Positions 28,006 to 32,977 of a stretch of 32,977 nucleotides of DNA are shown here, piece by piece. The stretch covers positions 1-32,977 of the forward strand of contig JAGCFA010000060.1 of assembly GCA_017650375.1 (NCBI GenBank), written 5' to 3'. How positions within the stretch are numbered: the stretch's first letter is position 1; every line of letters begins with the position of its first letter. The stretch comes from Alphaproteobacteria bacterium. GTDB taxonomy: Bacteria > Pseudomonadota > Alphaproteobacteria > CAAHEQ01 > UBA3637. The notes under the pieces were generated by a model, which had not been told where the DNA came from, made no database searches, and saw only the letters and a program-made list of their open reading frames with translations. The position numbers and the translations under genes were made by a program.

Positions 28006-29400
28006 ATGATATTATTTTTAATTGCTTGTTTGACTTTAATTTTGGGATATTGTGTGTATGGCGTTTTTGTGGAAAAAGTATGGGGGATTTCGCATACGCC
28101 GACGCCTGCTGTGAAGCACCCTGACGGGGTGGACTATATTCCTTTTCCAACCTATAAAGCTTTTTTGATTCAATTTTTAAACATCGCCGGATTGGGACCT
28201 GTTTTTGGGGCAATTTTGGGCGCAGTTTATGGTCCAGTATGTTTGTTGTGGATTGTGTTCGGATGCATTTTTGCAGGCGCAGTACATGATTATTTGTCAG
28301 GAATGCTTTCATTAAAACATGACGGAAAATCATTGATTTACTTGATGGAAATTTATTTTGGCAAAAAAATTAAATATGTCGCCTTATTTTTGTTGGTGGC
28401 CATGCTGTTATTAGTGGGCGCCATTTTTGCTAAAAGCCCTGCACAAATGTTGGGACAATTGACGCATTCGTCTATGTGGATTTGGTTGGCTGTGGTTTTT
28501 GGATATTATTTTGTAGCAACACTACTTCCCATAGATAAACTCATCGGACGGTTTTACCCCATGTTTGCCCTGTGCTTATTGGGATCAAGCGTGTGCTTGA
28601 TTATCGCCTTGTTTATGCGGGATATTCCTCCCTTTTTAAATTTTACAACTGAAAATTTGCACCCCAAGGGATTGCCCTTATTCCCTCTACTGTTCGTAAC
28701 AATTGCGTGTGGTGCCATCAGCGGATTCCATGCAACTCAATCCCCCATGATTGCCAGGTGCTTAAAAGACGAAAAATATGGACGACCTGTGTTTTATGGG
28801 GCCATGATTGTAGAAGGGATTGTGGCACTCATTTGGGCAACCTTAGGGATTTGTTTTTATCCCACAACGCAACACTTATTGGCCACGATTACGCAAAGTG
28901 ATGCGGGGGGCGTCGTATCCGAAATTGCCAAGGGATTATTAGGAAATGTGGGTGGCGTTGCGACGATTGCTTCTGTGGTGATTTTAGCAATTACAACGGG
29001 CGATACCTGTTTCAGATCGGCACGTTTGACCTTGGCGGACTTTTTAAAACTCCCCCAAGAAAAAATCAGATTCAGATTGATTTTATCGTTGGTTGTGTTG
29101 GCGGGGGGTGTGTTTTTATCCGTCATCAATGTCGCCACGATTTGGCGCTATTTCGGGTGGTTTAATCAAACGCTGGCCATGTTCACTTTGTGGTTAACAA
29201 CTATGTATTTGAAAAAGGCGGGGAAGTGTTTTTGGATTTCGTTAGTGCCTGCCGTCTTTATGACCGCTGTTTCGGCAGCCTATGTTGCTTATGACCAGCT
29301 GTTTTTGGGATTAAGTGTTGATACTGCACAAATTATAGGCGCCATCGTTGGATTAGTGGCCTTGATGGGATTTTTGGGGTTCAGTGAAAAAAGAAAATAA
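28006..29400 (+). CDS. cstA: Carbon starvation protein A family transporter
   Basis: DGVDYIP, QFLNIAGLGPVFGAI, GAVHDY, IACGAISGFHATQSP, FYGAMIVEG. Confidence 0.93.
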   Translation: MILFLIACLTLILGYCVYGVFVEKVWGISHTPTPAVKHPDGVDYIPFPTYKAFLIQFLNIAGLGPVFGAILGAVYGPVCLLWIVFGCIFAGAVHDYLSGMLSLKHDGKSLIYLMEIYFGKKIKYVALFLLVAMLLLVGAIFAKSPAQMLGQLTHSSMWIWLAVVFGYYFVATLLPIDKLIGRFYPMFALCLLGSSVCLIIALFMRDIPPFLNFTTENLHPKGLPLFPLLFVTIACGAISGFHATQSPMIARCLKDEKYGRPVFYGAMIVEGIVALIWATLGICFYPTTQHLLATITQSDAGGVVSEIAKGLLGNVGGVATIASVVILAITTGDTCFRSARLTLADFLKLPQEKIRFRLILSLVVLAGGVFLSVINVATIWRYFGWFNQTLAMFTLWLTTMYLKKAGKCFWISLVPAVFMTAVSAAYVAYDQLFLGLSVDTAQIIGAIVGLVALMGFLGFSEKRK

Positions 29401-32400
29401 TTAGGATTTGGCAATTTCGGCGAGGCGGGAAATCATAGAGCGAACACCAGAAAGGCGCTTATCAATATCGACCCATGGGCGCATGACGACAACCTTTTGA
29501 TCTGGGCGAATTTTCATGGTGCCAACCTGAGATTGAATATAATCAATCAGGCCTGCTGGATTTGGGAACGTATTTTGATAAAAGCTTATCGTTGCGCCTT
29601 TATCGCCAGCGTCAATGCGATCAATATGCGCTTGCTTTGCCAATACCTTTAATTCCAATGTTAAAAAGAGGTTTTCTGTTTCCACTGGGTACAAACCAAA
29701 ACGGTCTTTCAGTTCATCCCGCATGGCATTAATTTCATCAAGGGTGGTGAGTTCACTCAAGCGACGGTATAAATCCATACGCACGCCCAAATCAGGGATA
29801 TATTTTTCAGAAATGAGGACAGGAAGTCCCACCGAAATTTGGGGCGACCAATCTTCCTCCACTGGTTTTTCGCCTGCTTTTTCTTGACGAAGTTGCCCCA
29901 CAGCTTCCTTTAACATTTTTTGATAAAGCGCGACACCCACTTCACGAATATGACCTGATTGTTCCTGACCCAGCAAGTTCCCTGCCCCACGGATATCCAA
30001 ATCATGACTGGCGAGCATAAAGCCAGCCCCTAAACTATCCAATTTTTGCATGACCTCCAAGCGTTTACGGGCATTATCAGAAAGAGTGCCCATCGTCGTT
30101 AAATAAGCGTAGGCCTTTTTCTTAGAACGCCCCACGCGCCCACGGAGTTGATAAAGGGCTGCGAGCCCAAACATATCGGCGCGGTAAATGACAATTGTAT
30201 TTACGTCTGGTAAATCCAACCCTGATTCCACAATGCTGGTAGCAAGCAAGATATCATATTCGTGTGCGGTAAAAGCGGACATGATTTTTTCAAGCTCAGA
30301 GGGTGCCATTTGACCATGAGCTTTCACAATTTTTAAATCAGGTAAAAGCGCGTGTAATTTTTCATAGACTTCGTCCATATCCGAAATGCGCGGAACAACG
30401 ACAAAGCTTTGGCCGGCGCGGAAATGTTCACGCAAAATCGCCTCTTTAATCACCACGGGATCAAAGGGCATGACGTAGGTTTTAACAGCAAGGCGATCCA
30501 CTGGGGGTGTGGCGATAATGGAAAGTTCACGAACACCCGAAAGGGAGAGCTGCAGAGTACGGGGGATGGGGGTGGCAGTCAAAGTAAGGACATGGACACC
30601 TGATTTTAATTCTTTCAAGCGTTCCTTATGCGCAACACCGAAATGTTGTTCTTCATCAATAATGACGAGTCCCAGATTTTTAAAGCGAATGTTTTTATTT
30701 AAAAGGGCGTGGGTACCGATCACAATATCAAGCCCGCCTTTTTCCAAGCCTTCTTTCGTGCGTTTGGTATCAGTAGATGTCACAAGACGTGAAAGAGAAG
30801 CAATGCGCACTGGGAAACCCTGAAAACGTTTGATAAAGTTTTCGGCGTGTTGGCGCGCCAAAAGGGTGGTGGGTGCAACCAAAGCCACTTGGGCGCCATT
30901 CATCACGGTTAAGAAAGCGGCGCGCATGGCAATTTCTGTTTTGCCAAAGCCCACATCCCCGCAAACCAGACGATCCATCGGTTGACCTTTCGCCAAATCT
31001 GTTTCAATTTCAGCCATAGTTTTTAGCTGATCTTCTGTTTCCACATAGGGAAAACGAGCACAGAATTCCTGATAAAGACCATGGGGTGCCAAGACTTTGG
31101 GCATTTTATTAACAGCGCGCTGAGAAGCAATACTGATAAGTTTATCTGCCATGACAAGTAGGTCTTTTTTGACCTTTTCTTTACGCGTCGCAAAAGCAGT
31201 TCCACCAAGTCTATCCAACGCAATTTCGCTTGAGCCATAGCGCGAGAGGACATCAGCGTTTTCAACGGGCACAAAAAGTTTGGCATTATCAGCGTATTCA
31301 AGGCACAAGCAATCGTGAGGGGCACCCGCCAAGGTAAGCGCCTCCAGCCCCAAAAACCGCCCTATCCCATGTGTTTGGTGGACCACTAAATCGCCAGCTG
31401 AAAGTGTGGAAATATCACCGATAAAATCTTGAGAACGGCGACGTTTGGGCGCGGACTGCATGCGTTCGCCAAACATATCTGTTTCAGTTAAAATCAGAAA
31501 ATCATCTGTTTGAAAACCGGATTCAAAGGGGGCAACAATCAGGCTGGGGGCACGTTTGATAGCCTCTGCCCAAGTGGTTGCCCATTTTAAAGTGGTTCCC
31601 TTTTCCTTTAAGAGTGCCAAGAGGCGTTCCCCTGCCCCTTCGGTAAAAACACTGACGATAATGGACTTTGGGGAGCCCGCGATAAAATCAGAAATCGCTT
31701 CAAAAATATCTTGCTTTTGCTGGATACGGATATCCATAAAATCGTGACCCGAACGCCCGCCTTGATCAGATGTTTTTTCCTGATGAAAGGGTGTCAGTTG
31801 AACGGTATCAAATTGAGACAATAAGTTTTCAGTTTCCTTCTGGGACAAAAACATAAGTTCTGGTTTGATGGGGTGGTAGACACCGTTTGGATCCAGTTTT
31901 TCCTTCAAGGCCTGCAGGCGCGCATCATAGTATTCTTGAATTTGTTCGGTGCGGGAAGTGATAGCTTCCCAAGCTGTGGGGGATAAGAAGAGGCGCGTGT
32001 CATCGGGCAAGTAATCTACCAAAGTGAACATTTTTTCATAAAAAAGTGGTAAAAAGTGTTCTAAGCCCTGTACATAATGCCCCGCTGAAACCGATTGATA
32101 AATGGGGTCTTCTTCCCCTGCCGAAAGCATTTCACGATAACGTGTACGGAAAAGCGTTTGGTTTTCGGGTGTGATCTGGATAAGGCGCACGGGCTTTAAT
32201 AAAAGGGTATCTAAAGTTCCCTGTGTGCGCTGAGTGGCCGGATTGAAAAACTTCATGGATTCCAATTCGTCATCAAAAAAATCAAGGCGAACGGGATTTT
32301 GAAAGCCTGCAGGATAAATGTCCACAATTTCACCACGAACAGCAAATTCGCCAGAAGTTGCCACCACATCTGTAGATTGATATCCATTTTGAGTTAAAAA

Positions 32401-32790
32401 ATGAGTGAGGCGTGTCAGCGAGACATTTTTACCTACCATCAAGGTAAGTGTATTACCATCAAAAGCTTCCTTGGGTGGAACACGTTGCATAAAAGCTGAA
32501 ACAGTTGTTAAAACAATTTGATTTTTAGAAAGGGTAGGCATCTGTGCCAACGCTTCAATTTGTTCGCCAATAATATCTGGAGAAGGTGAGATACGGTCAT
32601 AAGGCACTGTATCCCAGTTGGAATAAGAAATAATTTTTAGCTTGGGGGCAATTAAAGCCAGCGTCTTTTGGGCAAAATCCAATTGTTTTTCATTAGAGGC
32701 AATGTATACAATCCCCCCTTGTTTGGCTTCGCGCGCTAAAACAAAAGCTTCAAATCCAGCCGGAACTGAACTAAAAATCTTTTTTGTCAT
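29401..32790 (-). CDS. mfd: Transcription-repair coupling factor
   Basis: WDTVPYDRISP, CarD-like GDLVVHQTHGIGRF, CGDVGFGKTE, DEEQHFGV, QLRGRVGRS, DLDIRGAGNLLG, TRCF C-terminus. Confidence 0.98.
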   Translation of the reverse strand: MTKKIFSSVPAGFEAFVLAREAKQGGIVYIASNEKQLDFAQKTLALIAPKLKIISYSNWDTVPYDRISPSPDIIGEQIEALAQMPTLSKNQIVLTTVSAFMQRVPPKEAFDGNTLTLMVGKNVSLTRLTHFLTQNGYQSTDVVATSGEFAVRGEIVDIYPAGFQNPVRLDFFDDELESMKFFNPATQRTQGTLDTLLLKPVRLIQITPENQTLFRTRYREMLSAGEEDPIYQSVSAGHYVQGLEHFLPLFYEKMFTLVDYLPDDTRLFLSPTAWEAITSRTEQIQEYYDARLQALKEKLDPNGVYHPIKPELMFLSQKETENLLSQFDTVQLTPFHQEKTSDQGGRSGHDFMDIRIQQKQDIFEAISDFIAGSPKSIIVSVFTEGAGERLLALLKEKGTTLKWATTWAEAIKRAPSLIVAPFESGFQTDDFLILTETDMFGERMQSAPKRRRSQDFIGDISTLSAGDLVVHQTHGIGRFLGLEALTLAGAPHDCLCLEYADNAKLFVPVENADVLSRYGSSEIALDRLGGTAFATRKEKVKKDLLVMADKLISIASQRAVNKMPKVLAPHGLYQEFCARFPYVETEDQLKTMAEIETDLAKGQPMDRLVCGDVGFGKTEIAMRAAFLTVMNGAQVALVAPTTLLARQHAENFIKRFQGFPVRIASLSRLVTSTDTKRTKEGLEKGGLDIVIGTHALLNKNIRFKNLGLVIIDEEQHFGVAHKERLKELKSGVHVLTLTATPIPRTLQLSLSGVRELSIIATPPVDRLAVKTYVMPFDPVVIKEAILREHFRAGQSFVVVPRISDMDEVYEKLHALLPDLKIVKAHGQMAPSELEKIMSAFTAHEYDILLATSIVESGLDLPDVNTIVIYRADMFGLAALYQLRGRVGRSKKKAYAYLTTMGTLSDNARKRLEVMQKLDSLGAGFMLASHDLDIRGAGNLLGQEQSGHIREVGVALYQKMLKEAVGQLRQEKAGEKPVEEDWSPQISVGLPVLISEKYIPDLGVRMDLYRRLSELTTLDEINAMRDELKDRFGLYPVETENLFLTLELKVLAKQAHIDRIDAGDKGATISFYQNTFPNPAGLIDYIQSQVGTMKIRPDQKVVVMRPWVDIDKRLSGVRSMISRLAEIAKS

Positions 32791-32881
32791 AAGGATATTT
32801 TATGCTTTTTTGACAAAAAGCGCAAGATATAACCTTGAAAAAAAGAAGTCTTTGTGGTAATCTGAAAGAAAAGGAGAAGAA

Positions 32882-32977
32882 ATGACCTTAAAAAGTACAT
32901 TAGTCAACGGAAAAACAAAGACAGCAGATACACTTACTTTCTACCATGTAAGTACTGAAATCGATGCTTTCAGATCC
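32882..32977 (+). CDS. Hypothetical protein, 5' part (runs off window)
   Basis: AAGGAG RBS, then ATG and an open frame MTLKSTLVNGKTKTADTLTFYHVSTEIDAFRS. Confidence 0.55.
   Translation, partial: MTLKSTLVNGKTKTADTLTFYHVSTEIDAFRS

Noticed and set aside
32882-32977. ADP-ribosyltransferase-like start (FYHVS) in the last partial ORF
   Set aside because: Only 32 residues are visible; too little to support a call

Overview
A gene-dense chromosomal segment of an AT-rich alphaproteobacterium. The assignment rests on chpT, an ELM1-family gene and the tpiA-secG-kdsA-eno order; an uncultured gut lineage such as RF32 is an inference only. Housekeeping genes are recG (partial), ychF, eno, kdsA, secG, tpiA, gpsA, a double-length thyX, gap, rplU-rpmA, pyrG, cstA, mfd, tRNA-Leu(TAG) and tRNA-Arg(ACG). 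Five unusual elements stand out. (1) A sialic-acid operon in which NeuC is fused through one transmembrane helix to a GT80-like sialyltransferase domain, followed by an MFS transporter and a relocated, translationally coupled pyrG; this suggests extracytoplasmic, Golgi-like sialylation. (2) A tightly coupled cdaA-sucC*-sucD*-chpT operon in which both succinyl-CoA synthetase-like subunits are full length but have lost catalytic motifs. (3) A 1247-aa Cys-rich type IV pilin-like protein with a non-canonical G|RSxxE site, a recent 270-bp tandem repeat and a Gly-rich tip domain, plus a frameshifted paralog. (4) An unlisted 23-aa CGCGCG/Lys-rich peptide gene with its own RBS and terminator. (5) A pair of divergent orphan paralogs inserted between kdsA and eno. 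No CRISPR array, transposase, integrase or reverse transcriptase was seen. All calls come from motif recognition by eye; no searches were run.
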